From Oceanispirochaeta sp. (GTDB taxonomy: Bacteria; Spirochaetota; Spirochaetia; DSM-2461): a stretch of DNA of 64,000 nt. Shown in pieces: positions 1-8,679 of the stretch; positions within the stretch are counted from its first letter, which is position 1; the number at the start of each line of letters is the position of its first letter. A model generated the notes under the pieces. It was not told where the DNA came from, searched no databases, and saw nothing but the letters and a program-made list of their open reading frames with translations. The stretch is taken from contig CAXXOA010000002.1 in the NCBI GenBank assembly GCA_963666275.2, positions 416,001 to 480,000 of the forward strand. The letters are read 5' to 3'. The translations under genes and the position numbers were made by a program.

Positions 1-1370
1 TTGATCCAAGGATGATATTGATCATAATCAACTTGATATTCTGTTGTCTCTCTCAGAACCTCACGTACACATTTGTTTAAAACTTTATCACTTCCACTTC
101 CGCCTGAACTAATCCATTTTACAATATGTTCAAAAACGTCACTACCTTTTTCAAGAGCAACGAGTGCTGGACCACCTCTTCTCAACCCAGCATGCATGAT
201 TTCTCCCATTAATTGTTTATATGGAGCTGTTCTTTTAAAAGTCTTCTTAGTTTGATATTTTCTTTTCCAGTCTTTAGGAGCACCTGCTTTTTCTAACAGG
301 TCCATTAAATCTTTATTATCAGTATAAGCATATAATATAGAGATCAATGTATTTGTAGGCAAAAATAGTATTCTTGTTTTAATTGATCCATATAAAGCCA
401 TTTGTAATCTTTTCGCATCCCAGTCTGCAGACTTTTGACCACTCCTAGCATATTCGTTTAACTTTTCATGAATTACAGTCCAACTATCTTCAATACGATC
501 AGATTTTTTTACAAATTGGGAAACAACTCTTTCTGCTTCTTTATAACAAAATAAAAACCAGACTTCCGTCGTTTTGGGAATTGAGGCTCTTACATCATCT
601 TGATATTTACTATTCTTTTTCCATTTTTCAATGGAAATATTTATATACTCTCTTATTGTTCTTTCTTTTATTGGTAATTTTTCAACAATTTCATCTATCT
701 CAGTAAAATCATCGTATGTCATTCCAAACTCTGTGATGTCTTTTCCATCGTTCAGAACTGATATTGTTCTTATTGTAATATCTTTAAATTTATTTTTTTT
801 AGGACCCGAAAAATTAATAATTTCATTGTCTTTAAGAAAAAGGGTTCCTGATACTTGTTGCGCATAATCTAGCATTGTTTCAACGTCTTCATAATTTGTA
901 ACTGGCCATAAAATAAGCATAGGTGTTTTTCTTAGAAGACCGTTCAATTTCCTAAAAAATGCCTTAATTTCTTTTTCATCATATTCATCAAGATATTCCA
1001 AATAATCTATAACGATACATGTAGGTCCTAGATCTTTTTTCTCTATGGCTAATTTCTTATAAGATTGAATTTCTCTAAAAATACCATCAATATTTTCTGT
1101 ATAATCATTAGCATCAATTTGAAAAAATCCACTAATACCGATATGTCTTTTCCATGATAGAGACCTAATGAATGTAGATTTTCCAGTACCTGGAGTTCCA
1201 AGAATGAAAGATAGATTACCACCAACTTTTGAAGCACGCGCTATTAAACTGATTTTTTCTTCAACATCTGGAAGAGGCTCAATGAATTCCATCATTTTTG
1301 CATCTGTAGAGTTTTCTCCAAGAACTGTCTCAATTTCTTCAAAAGTTGAATATAAAACCATCTCTTCCAT
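1..1370 (-). CDS. P-loop NTPase (AAA-like) with large C-terminal region of unknown function; 3' end lies outside the window
   Basis: Manual translation of the minus strand from ATG at 1370 is open to the window edge (>=456 codons): MEEMVLYSTFEEIETVLGE...SFILGTPGTGKSTFIRSL (Walker A)...TCIVIDYLE (Walker B-like)...YDQYHPWI. Not in the ORF track, presumably because no stop falls in the window. Strongly AT-rich compared with the flanking DNA. Confidence 0.85.
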   Translation of the reverse strand, partial: MEEMVLYSTFEEIETVLGENSTDAKMMEFIEPLPDVEEKISLIARASKVGGNLSFILGTPGTGKSTFIRSLSWKRHIGISGFFQIDANDYTENIDGIFREIQSYKKLAIEKKDLGPTCIVIDYLEYLDEYDEKEIKAFFRKLNGLLRKTPMLILWPVTNYEDVETMLDYAQQVSGTLFLKDNEIINFSGPKKNKFKDITIRTISVLNDGKDITEFGMTYDDFTEIDEIVEKLPIKERTIREYINISIEKWKKNSKYQDDVRASIPKTTEVWFLFCYKEAERVVSQFVKKSDRIEDSWTVIHEKLNEYARSGQKSADWDAKRLQMALYGSIKTRILFLPTNTLISILYAYTDNKDLMDLLEKAGAPKDWKRKYQTKKTFKRTAPYKQLMGEIMHAGLRRGGPALVALEKGSDVFEHIVKWISSGGSGSDKVLNKCVREVLRETTEYQVDYDQYHPWI

Positions 1371-1783
1371 TAGTTAACTCCTAAGTCACCTTTCGATAAT
1401 AGACAAAACAATTTTACTATCAAATGGATAAAAAGCAACTCTATTAGATCTTTTTGCATAATTAGGAAGATTAATTCTTTTCCAATACACTTTAATACCA
1501 GTGATGAGTAATATAAAAACTTCTTCTGAGATCTCCTTGATTTTAGTATTCCTCTTTTTTAACTGTTCCTCTTAAATCTCCCAGTCTCTGGAGAATGAGG
1601 CTTATACTCTTTCGCCTTCTTCTTAAGTCTTTCCCCCAACATAGAAGTATAAATAATTCACAATTCACTAAAATGCGATATCATAAAAGAAAATCATATA
1701 ACAGTCAGACATACGGGCTGACGATTTTTCAGAGACTGTCAGGTGTAACAGACTGACTGATACAAAAATTAAGGACTGAAAAT

Positions 1784-2302
1784 ATGAATGGAGAGTTTTC
1801 TACTGGGAACCATCTGATCTCTGTGTATGACATTGAAAATTTCGTCAAAATTACAAAGAATTTATCGACCCCGGAGCTGTTTGATCTTATGAATCAGATA
1901 CAGATTCTAACGATTGAGGCCCTCAGGGAAAGGAAGCCAGTTGTGGTCAAAAACCTGGGAGACTCGAATCTTATGGTTTTTGATACAAACGGGATAGATT
2001 TAACAATCACTGCCCTGTATAAACTGAAGTCTGATCTGGAAGAATTTTTGAAAAGCCGGGGCATTGCTGTAAAAGTCAGTTTTTCCTCCCATTACGGGGA
2101 GATATCTGTGGGCCCATTCGGGGCGGAACCTTTCAGGCAGACCGATGCCTTCGGAGAGGAGCTGAACAGAGCCTTTCTTCTGAACGGAAAACCCTACAGG
2201 GGCAGGTTCACAATAAGCCCTGAGCTTTTCCGCAAACTGGGAGCTGACTCCAGAAAAAGATTCCATAAATTCACCCCTCAGATAATGTATACTTCCGAAT
2301 AG
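1784..2302 (+). CDS. Stand-alone class III nucleotidyl (adenylate/guanylate) cyclase-like domain protein
   Basis: Motifs YDIENF (first metal Asp), VKNLGDSNLMVF (K and second Asp), HYGEISVG, TDAFGEELNRAFLL; AAGGA upstream. Confidence 0.7.
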   Translation: MNGEFSTGNHLISVYDIENFVKITKNLSTPELFDLMNQIQILTIEALRERKPVVVKNLGDSNLMVFDTNGIDLTITALYKLKSDLEEFLKSRGIAVKVSFSSHYGEISVGPFGAEPFRQTDAFGEELNRAFLLNGKPYRGRFTISPELFRKLGADSRKRFHKFTPQIMYTSE

Positions 2303-2311
2303 AGAGGCAAA

Positions 2312-2842
2312 ATGAAAAACGCAGCATACATAGCAGCCTCACTGGATGGCTATATCGCAACGGAAGACGGGGGGCTCGACTGGCTGGAGAGCATTCCGAA
2401 TCCGGAAGGGAGTGATTTCGGGTATGAAGCCTTTATGGACTCCATCGACGCCCTGGTGATGGGGAGAAAGACTTTTGAAAAAGTCCTAACCTTCGGAACC
2501 TGGCCCTACAGAAAACCAGTTTTTGTTCTCACCGGCACTCTGCAGAGCCTACCGGAAACTCTTCCCGGGAAAGTCAGCCTGGTAAGGGGAGACCTCCCGG
2601 GAATTGTGCAGGAACTCCATGAACAGGGGTATTTCAATCTCTACATCGATGGAGGTCAGACCATACAGAGCTTTCTCCGGGAAGATCTGATCGATGAATT
2701 GATCATTTCCACAGTATCGGTTCTGCTGGGCCGGGGCATTTCCCTGTTCGGAGCTCTGACGGAAATCCGGAAATTTAGAGTCGTAAAATCAGAAAAGCTC
2801 AATGATCATCTTAGCCAGACTCACTATAGAAAAGAGAGATAA
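2312..2842 (+). CDS. Dihydrofolate reductase family (RibD C-terminal domain) protein
   Basis: YIAASLDGYIA, MGRKTFE, IDGG, DLIDELII and LGRGISLF motifs; GAGG RBS. Confidence 0.88.
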   Translation: MKNAAYIAASLDGYIATEDGGLDWLESIPNPEGSDFGYEAFMDSIDALVMGRKTFEKVLTFGTWPYRKPVFVLTGTLQSLPETLPGKVSLVRGDLPGIVQELHEQGYFNLYIDGGQTIQSFLREDLIDELIISTVSVLLGRGISLFGALTEIRKFRVVKSEKLNDHLSQTHYRKER

Positions 2843-2878
2843 GGGAATGCATTTTTTCGTTTTAGAAAATCTTTTTTT

Positions 2879-3520
2879 TCAGTAAAGCTGTAGCAAATAT
2901 CCCCAGACTCCAGAAAAGATAAAAAGTCTGTAGGAGATACTCCACATGACAATCCCTATCACCGCATTCAGAATACGCCAGGTGATCGCTTTCCTGAAAA
3001 GCGGAGCGGCCAGGCCGGCGCCCAGAGTTAGCCCGAAGAACCAGAGATACGACATGACCACAGCCCCGGCCCCGAAAAGGTAGCGCCCGTAACCGGGAAA
3101 GGTTCCGCTTATCCCTCCCAGGAGAACAACCGTGTCCAGATAGACATGGGGATTCAGCAGGGTGAGAGCCAGAGTGGTAAGAACAGCCTGTTTCCGGGTT
3201 GTCAGCCCTGTGTTCCCCTGCCCGTCCAGACCTTCAGAATTTTTTACCACAGCAACCAGACTTTTCAGTCCGTAAAAGAAGAGAAATCCCGCTCCTCCTG
3301 CCGAAGCCACAGTGATCAACAGGGGTGAATGCTCTATAAGAGTCCCCATCCCGGCAATCCCGGCTCCAATAAGAATGGTATCGCAGAGAGCACAAACCAT
3401 GGACACAGTCAGATGATGCTCTTTTTTAATCCCCTGTGTAAGCACAAAAGCATTCTGGGATCCTATGGCAATGATCAGCCCCGCTCCCGTTCCCAATCCT
3501 GTAAAAAATGGAGTAAACAT
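2879..3520 (-). CDS. argO: LysE/ArgO family amino-acid exporter
   Basis: LIIAIGSQNAFVLTQG and LTLLNPHVYLDTVVLLG signatures; hydrophobic; divergent from an ArgP-type LysR gene. Confidence 0.88.
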   Translation of the reverse strand: MFTPFFTGLGTGAGLIIAIGSQNAFVLTQGIKKEHHLTVSMVCALCDTILIGAGIAGMGTLIEHSPLLITVASAGGAGFLFFYGLKSLVAVVKNSEGLDGQGNTGLTTRKQAVLTTLALTLLNPHVYLDTVVLLGGISGTFPGYGRYLFGAGAVVMSYLWFFGLTLGAGLAAPLFRKAITWRILNAVIGIVMWSISYRLFIFSGVWGYLLQLY

Positions 3521-3599
3521 ACCGGAAGAGTACAGAAAAATAAAAAATTAATGAAATTAATATTACAAATATATAATAAGCAATACTAATATAGATTCC

Positions 3600-4514
3600 A
3601 TGATCGACTATAAATTTCTTGAAGCCCTCGCCGCCGTGATCGAGCAGAAAGGATTTGAAAGAGCGGGAGAGGTTCTTCATATTACCCAGTCCGCGGTCAC
3701 CCAGAGGATCAGGCAGCTGGAGGAATTAACCGGACAGGTTCTGCTTATAAGGAGTCAGCCCCCTGCGGTGACAGCGGCGGGCCGCCTTCTGTTGGAACAC
3801 CTTAAAAAGGTGAGAGTTCTTGAACAGGAATTCTCCCTTCGCTCAGGTTTATCGGGGTCACCCCAAAGGCCGCAGCTGTCTCTTGCTGTGAATGCAGACA
3901 GCCTGGCCACATGGTTCTCTTCTGTAGTCAGCCGGTATTTCTCTCTTTATTCGGGATATCTGGATATAAGAAGTGCGGATCAGGACGTTACTCACAAACT
4001 TATGACCGATGGAGACGTTATGGGCTGTATCAGCTCAATGGAGTCATCATTCAGAGGATGCCGGAAGGATTTTCTGGGCAGCATGGTCTACCGCTTTGCT
4101 TCAACCCGGAATTTTGCCGGTACCTACTTTCCGGAAGGAGTGGATGAGAGTTCATTCAACAGAGCCCCCAAACTGAATTTTGATAGAGACGATCAGCTCC
4201 TTGCCAAGTGGGCATGTCAGTTTTTTAAAGGTGCCCATCCCTTTGAAAACTCCCATATGATTCCCTCATCAGAGCAGTTTCCCATCCTGATAGGGGCAGG
4301 AGCAGTATGCGGTATGCTTCCTGAGGATCAGTTCGAAGCTTTACGCTCTGATTTTGATCTTATGGACCTGTCGCTGGAAAAGCCTGTTTCGACGCCTCTT
4401 TTCTGGCATAGATGGAGCCTTCCTTCACAAGAACTGGATTCTCTGAGTGAAATAATCAGAGAAGAAGCACGAAAGTCTCTGTCGCAGGAACTCCCCTCTG
4501 TTTCTTCCAGATAG
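3600..4514 (+). CDS. argP: LysR family regulator ArgP/LysG
   Basis: N-terminal HTH (FERAGEVLHITQSAVTQRIRQLE), LAVNADSLATWF and LFWHRW typical of ArgP; divergent from argO. Confidence 0.9.
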   Translation: MIDYKFLEALAAVIEQKGFERAGEVLHITQSAVTQRIRQLEELTGQVLLIRSQPPAVTAAGRLLLEHLKKVRVLEQEFSLRSGLSGSPQRPQLSLAVNADSLATWFSSVVSRYFSLYSGYLDIRSADQDVTHKLMTDGDVMGCISSMESSFRGCRKDFLGSMVYRFASTRNFAGTYFPEGVDESSFNRAPKLNFDRDDQLLAKWACQFFKGAHPFENSHMIPSSEQFPILIGAGAVCGMLPEDQFEALRSDFDLMDLSLEKPVSTPLFWHRWSLPSQELDSLSEIIREEARKSLSQELPSVSSR

Positions 4515-4529
4515 AAAAATCTTTTTAGG

Positions 4530-4564
4530 AAAAAAAACCGGCGCCCTGTAACACAGAACGCCGG
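4530..4564 (-). terminator. Probable intrinsic terminator of the GRE-transporter unit
   Basis: CCGGCG...CGCCGG stem followed on the minus strand by a T run (A run at about 4530-4537 on plus). Confidence 0.55.
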
Positions 4565-4583
4565 ACTCATATGTCAAAAGTAT

Positions 4584-5876
4584 TTATATAGAGAACAGAT
4601 TGAACACTCCGAGGAATGCCAGGATGGCACATATGATCGGAATGATGATTGCCACAGGAACCAGTGAGATAGACAGCTGATCCTTGATCTTTTCATCAGG
4701 ACAACCGGCAACAACCATGGCACCTCCCGTAGAGAAGGGAGAAATGGCGGAACTCATAGCACCGATGAAAACACAGGAAAACAGCATAACCGGATTCAGT
4801 CCCATTGCGGTTGCCAGGCCGGGCACCATGGGGTACAGGAGCGGACAGACAACACTGGTTCCGCTGGAAAAGAAGCTCAGGAATGCGGAAAATCCGACCA
4901 GAGCGACAGGAACAAGAATTTTGGGAATGTTGTTACTCATAATATTGGCAATGGCATCGGTCATTCCCGCATCCTGGGCTACTTTCAGAAGCATATACAT
5001 ACCGGCAATCAGAAGGATTGTATTCATGGGCAGCTTATGGATGATCTCTTTTTCATTCCCCAGTTTCAGCATAACACTGACAAAAGCACCGATAATCATA
5101 ACGGACTGGGGCTGACAGATCTGGGCCAGTGTTTTAATGAAAGGAGCTTTCACCCAGGCGTTGAGAATGGCGGGAATCACCATCAGAGCCAGAGCCACTA
5201 TCATAACTGTCAGCTGTTTTTTCTGAAGAGGGCTGAAGGGTTCGGGTTTATCAACAACGACCTTGTTTGCCTTGTATCCTTTGAAAACAAAGTAGGCGAT
5301 CACCATGATGATGATCTGCTTGATACAGGAGTTCAGCCATACCATCATTCCCATGCTGGTGGCATGGTCTCCATAGATTGTATCTGCAATCAGACCGGTA
5401 GAGATAACACCGCCGAAGCCGTTGATGGGGTTATCCCCACCCATCAGAGTCGCACAGCTGATAAAGATGGCAATCAGAATCGGATTCAGACCGGCCGCCA
5501 AGCCTATGGCAAAGGCAATGGGACCGATAATGGCAGGCGTCGCTGCACCGGCACCCATAAAAGCAACTACCGCACAGGTGACAGCAATGACCCAGGGGAT
5601 CAGTTTGGCATTGCCGTGCAGGGCATGAAGGAGATGTTTTGAAAGAACATCCATGGTACCGTTGCTGGTGGCGTAGTTGAAGAACAGCCCAATAGCCAGA
5701 AGAAAGAACACGATCCTTACAGGAAAGTAGTTGATAACTGTAGAAACTCTTCCTCCCATAAGAAAGACCATGATGATGAAAGCAAGCCCCATAGCCAGAA
5801 GCCCCGGATTCACTTTCATTTTCCATCCGACGATGATTGCTCCGATAATGGCAATCAATGAAATTGTCAAAACCAT
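4584..5876 (-). CDS. SLC13/CitMHS/MatC-like carboxylate permease (IT superfamily)
   Basis: 430 aa, many TM segments with internal two-half symmetry, SAISPFSTGGAMVVA motif resembling dicarboxylate/malonate carriers. Confidence 0.75.
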   Translation of the reverse strand: MVLTISLIAIIGAIIVGWKMKVNPGLLAMGLAFIIMVFLMGGRVSTVINYFPVRIVFFLLAIGLFFNYATSNGTMDVLSKHLLHALHGNAKLIPWVIAVTCAVVAFMGAGAATPAIIGPIAFAIGLAAGLNPILIAIFISCATLMGGDNPINGFGGVISTGLIADTIYGDHATSMGMMVWLNSCIKQIIIMVIAYFVFKGYKANKVVVDKPEPFSPLQKKQLTVMIVALALMVIPAILNAWVKAPFIKTLAQICQPQSVMIIGAFVSVMLKLGNEKEIIHKLPMNTILLIAGMYMLLKVAQDAGMTDAIANIMSNNIPKILVPVALVGFSAFLSFFSSGTSVVCPLLYPMVPGLATAMGLNPVMLFSCVFIGAMSSAISPFSTGGAMVVAGCPDEKIKDQLSISLVPVAIIIPIICAILAFLGVFNLFSI

Positions 5877-5993
5877 ATATAATACTCCTTTTAAATTGGT
5901 TGCAACTTTAATTGAGAGTTGCCCGGACCCTCAATTTTACTACCCAGGCAACTCTGTGATCACTCCTTCCCCCAGAACGGGGAGAGTGCCTCA

Positions 5994-8405
5994 CTACATC
6001 TGATGAGCCATCCTCTCAATGACTTCATCCTGAATACCTTCTGTCAGGCGGGTAAAGTAGGCACTGTAACCGGCCACACGGACAATCAGTTCGGGATGTT
6101 CGTCGGGATTCACCTTGGCATCCACCATCTCTTCCTTGTTCACAATATTGAACTGAATGTGTTTTCCACCGTTGGTCAGATAGGTCTTAATGACTGTACC
6201 GAGTTTGTTCAGATCGCTTTCGGTTTTCATATTGGAGGGAATGAACTTCATATTCATCAGGGTTCCCTGATAGGGATCCTGGTTCACTTTCATGGCGCTC
6301 TGAAAAACAGCCAGCGGTCCATTCACATCCTGTCCGTGATCGGGAGACAGAGACGCATCTGCCAGGATCTCTCCGCCTTTCCGTCCGTCAGCGGTAGCTC
6401 CCGTACAGGCTCCTCCGGGCTGATGGGCGGAAATGGAGATGGCATTGGGTTTGAGAGAATCGCCGTAGGCACAGGGCAGGCTCAGGCAGGTGTCTGCATG
6501 GAGCTGATAAATCTCCGCGACAACCGCATCAACCTCATCGTTGTTATTTCCGTATTTGGGAATGCTTTTGAAATCAGCCTGCATCTGCTCATAGCCGACC
6601 CAGTCCGCATCCAGTGCTTCAAGGAGCTGCTGCATAGTGTATTTCTTCTCGTCAAAAACAAGCTTTTTAATAGCGTACAGAGCGTTTCCCGTATTCACTC
6701 CGCCTACAGCCCCCAGTACCGCTCCGTTTTCAAACTCGAACCGGCGGTTGAACATATCTTTTCCTGACTTCACACCGTCTTTCATAAGGGAGGAACGGAA
6801 TACATCGGGAAACAGATTCCTTTCAGCAATCAGCTCCACATTGATCCTTTCGTTGGCCATTCCCATCAGATGCCGTATCTGGGAAAATACAGCTTCCTTG
6901 AACTCTTCATAGGTTTTCATCTTTGTCACATCGCCGCTTCTGATTCCCACCATCTCTTCGGTATAGCGGCAGTAACCGTCATGCATACAAATATCCATAG
7001 CCTGGGGAATGATAAAAAAGCAGGCTACCTGAGTTCGGGTCACAGTGGGCACATTGGCATCCACACAGCCTGTAGCCACATAGTCCCTGGCAACCTCCAC
7101 GGGGATTCTGTTCTTCTCACTCTGAGAGGTAAAAAATTTAATATTCGATTCGTCTCCCAGAAAGGCGGGAAGTCCCAGTCCGCTCTGGATGCACTTCAGC
7201 GCTTTGAGCATCAGTTTTTCCGGTGTGTTTTTATGAACTCTTACAGTCAGAGTGTGGTGAGGCAAATGGGTATCCAGTGCGGCATCCAGGAGCAGATAGG
7301 TCAGTTCATTGGTGGCATCGCTGCCGTCTGCTTTCTGCCCGCCGATGGTCCAGTTGTACCATTTGGCCATACCCGCATTCTTGGTTCTGTTGGCCTTTCC
7401 GGAAACACGGTTAATCTTCATCACCTTGCAGCGCATGATCTCCAGAAGTTCCAGAACCTCATCGTCATTCATGCGGCCGCTTTCGATATCTGCTTTATAG
7501 AATGGATACATATACTGATCAAAACGTCCTGCCGTAGAGGTAGGAGAGGGACAGATCATCAGGAAAGTGAACCAGAAGGCCTGCAGGGCTTCCTGAAATG
7601 TCTCTGCCGGCTCATAGGGCACCTTGCGGCAGATCCTCGCCATTTCCAGAAGTTCGGCTTTCCTTTTTTCATCTTTTTCACTTCCCCCCATCTCTTCGGC
7701 CAGGTCGGCATAACGTCCGGCAAAACGGACCCAGGCTTCGAAAACGATAATGACGCCTTCCCAGAAATCCCGTTTTTCAATACTGTCCGCCGCATCATAG
7801 CGCATATCTTTCAGGCACTGTTTTGCTTCTTCTATAACTGACCTGGCCCCGCCGTTCAGAATGCGTGCATAGTCAACGGCCACCAGAGAGAATCCCGGTC
7901 CCAGTCCGTATCCGGACATGGCAAATCCGCCGCCGGATCCTCCTGTCTTATCTTTCCAGGGAGGAAGGATTGTTCCGGATTTCATAAAAGGCCAGAGCCT
8001 TTCGTTCATTCCCAGAGATTTACCCATGGTTTCAATCAGGGTGCTGTTAAGGGAGTTCCCGGCAAAACGTTCATTGAGCTCATAGAGTTCTTTTTCATCT
8101 TCCGGATCTATGGTATAGATCTCGCTTTTCAGAGATTCCACTTCGTCTTTTGTCCAGACTCCGTATTCATACTGCATCTCCAGACCGAAAGGTTTGCTGG
8201 CTCCGGATCCGCATAGAAGATCTTCGGGTTCGATGAAAATATCAATATTGCCCAGCACATGAGCATGGAGCTTGGAACGTCTGAGCAGCATGGGTTCTCC
8301 CGCAGTTTTATCCAGAGATTCACTGGCCAGGCGGAATAATTGAACACACAGAGGGTACTTGTTTACCCTCAGACTTTCTTTCATTCTCTCAACTCTTTCT
8401 GTCAT
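5994..8405 (-). CDS. Glycyl radical enzyme (PFL/GRE family) of unknown substrate
   Basis: 803 aa; glycyl loop LIVRVAGYSAYF, GRFDQYMYPFY, TIGGQKADGSDATNELTYLLL, Cys loop ATGCVDANVP, GKHIQFN; AAGGAG RBS. Confidence 0.93.
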   Translation of the reverse strand: MTERVERMKESLRVNKYPLCVQLFRLASESLDKTAGEPMLLRRSKLHAHVLGNIDIFIEPEDLLCGSGASKPFGLEMQYEYGVWTKDEVESLKSEIYTIDPEDEKELYELNERFAGNSLNSTLIETMGKSLGMNERLWPFMKSGTILPPWKDKTGGSGGGFAMSGYGLGPGFSLVAVDYARILNGGARSVIEEAKQCLKDMRYDAADSIEKRDFWEGVIIVFEAWVRFAGRYADLAEEMGGSEKDEKRKAELLEMARICRKVPYEPAETFQEALQAFWFTFLMICPSPTSTAGRFDQYMYPFYKADIESGRMNDDEVLELLEIMRCKVMKINRVSGKANRTKNAGMAKWYNWTIGGQKADGSDATNELTYLLLDAALDTHLPHHTLTVRVHKNTPEKLMLKALKCIQSGLGLPAFLGDESNIKFFTSQSEKNRIPVEVARDYVATGCVDANVPTVTRTQVACFFIIPQAMDICMHDGYCRYTEEMVGIRSGDVTKMKTYEEFKEAVFSQIRHLMGMANERINVELIAERNLFPDVFRSSLMKDGVKSGKDMFNRRFEFENGAVLGAVGGVNTGNALYAIKKLVFDEKKYTMQQLLEALDADWVGYEQMQADFKSIPKYGNNNDEVDAVVAEIYQLHADTCLSLPCAYGDSLKPNAISISAHQPGGACTGATADGRKGGEILADASLSPDHGQDVNGPLAVFQSAMKVNQDPYQGTLMNMKFIPSNMKTESDLNKLGTVIKTYLTNGGKHIQFNIVNKEEMVDAKVNPDEHPELIVRVAGYSAYFTRLTEGIQDEVIERMAHQM

Positions 8406-8523
8406 CTACTCTCTCCTTATATTTCATCAGTAGTTCTTGTTGTTTAGCTTTGTTTAACCTGGAGAAACCCTAACATGGGTTTTTCAAAGCTTAAAAATTA
8501 AATCTTTATTGGAAATGAAATTC

Positions 8524-8570
8524 TGTGATGTCCATACATTTCATCCAGGGTGAAATGTGCGGATTGCACA
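8524..8570. promoter_or_regulatory. Two putative PucR/CdaR-family operator boxes (TGT-N9-ACA)
   Basis: TGTGATGTCCATACA (8524-8538) and TGTGCGGATTGCACA (8556-8570), 32 bp apart, between the divergent GRE and PucR-type genes. Confidence 0.5.
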
Positions 8571-8679
8571 GACCTCATAAAAAAGAGAGAGAAAACCTAA
8601 AAAAATCGACAAATAGAAATAATGCCCCTATAATTTGGTCAATATCCAAACAGAATAGGGAAAATAGGTTAGGACGTTT

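Noticed and set aside
73..1377. Short track ORFs 73-255, 631-867, 1049-1237 and 1168-1377
   Set aside because: They are shadows of the long minus-strand ATPase ORF, which carries real motifs.
1784..2842. Pycsar/CBASS-type defence operon call for the small cyclase
   Set aside because: No TIR or transmembrane effector is adjacent, the purine-type K/D residues are kept, and the neighbour is a DHFR-like gene.
5919..7841. Long plus-strand ORFs 5919-6767 and 6870-7841
   Set aside because: They are antisense to the GRE and have no motifs; the same applies to 18078-19031, 20574-21653, 33251-34582 and other antisense ORFs.
5994..8405. Annotation as pyruvate formate-lyase (pflB)
   Set aside because: It lacks the adjacent Cys-Cys pair of PFL and has a single Cys in GCVD.
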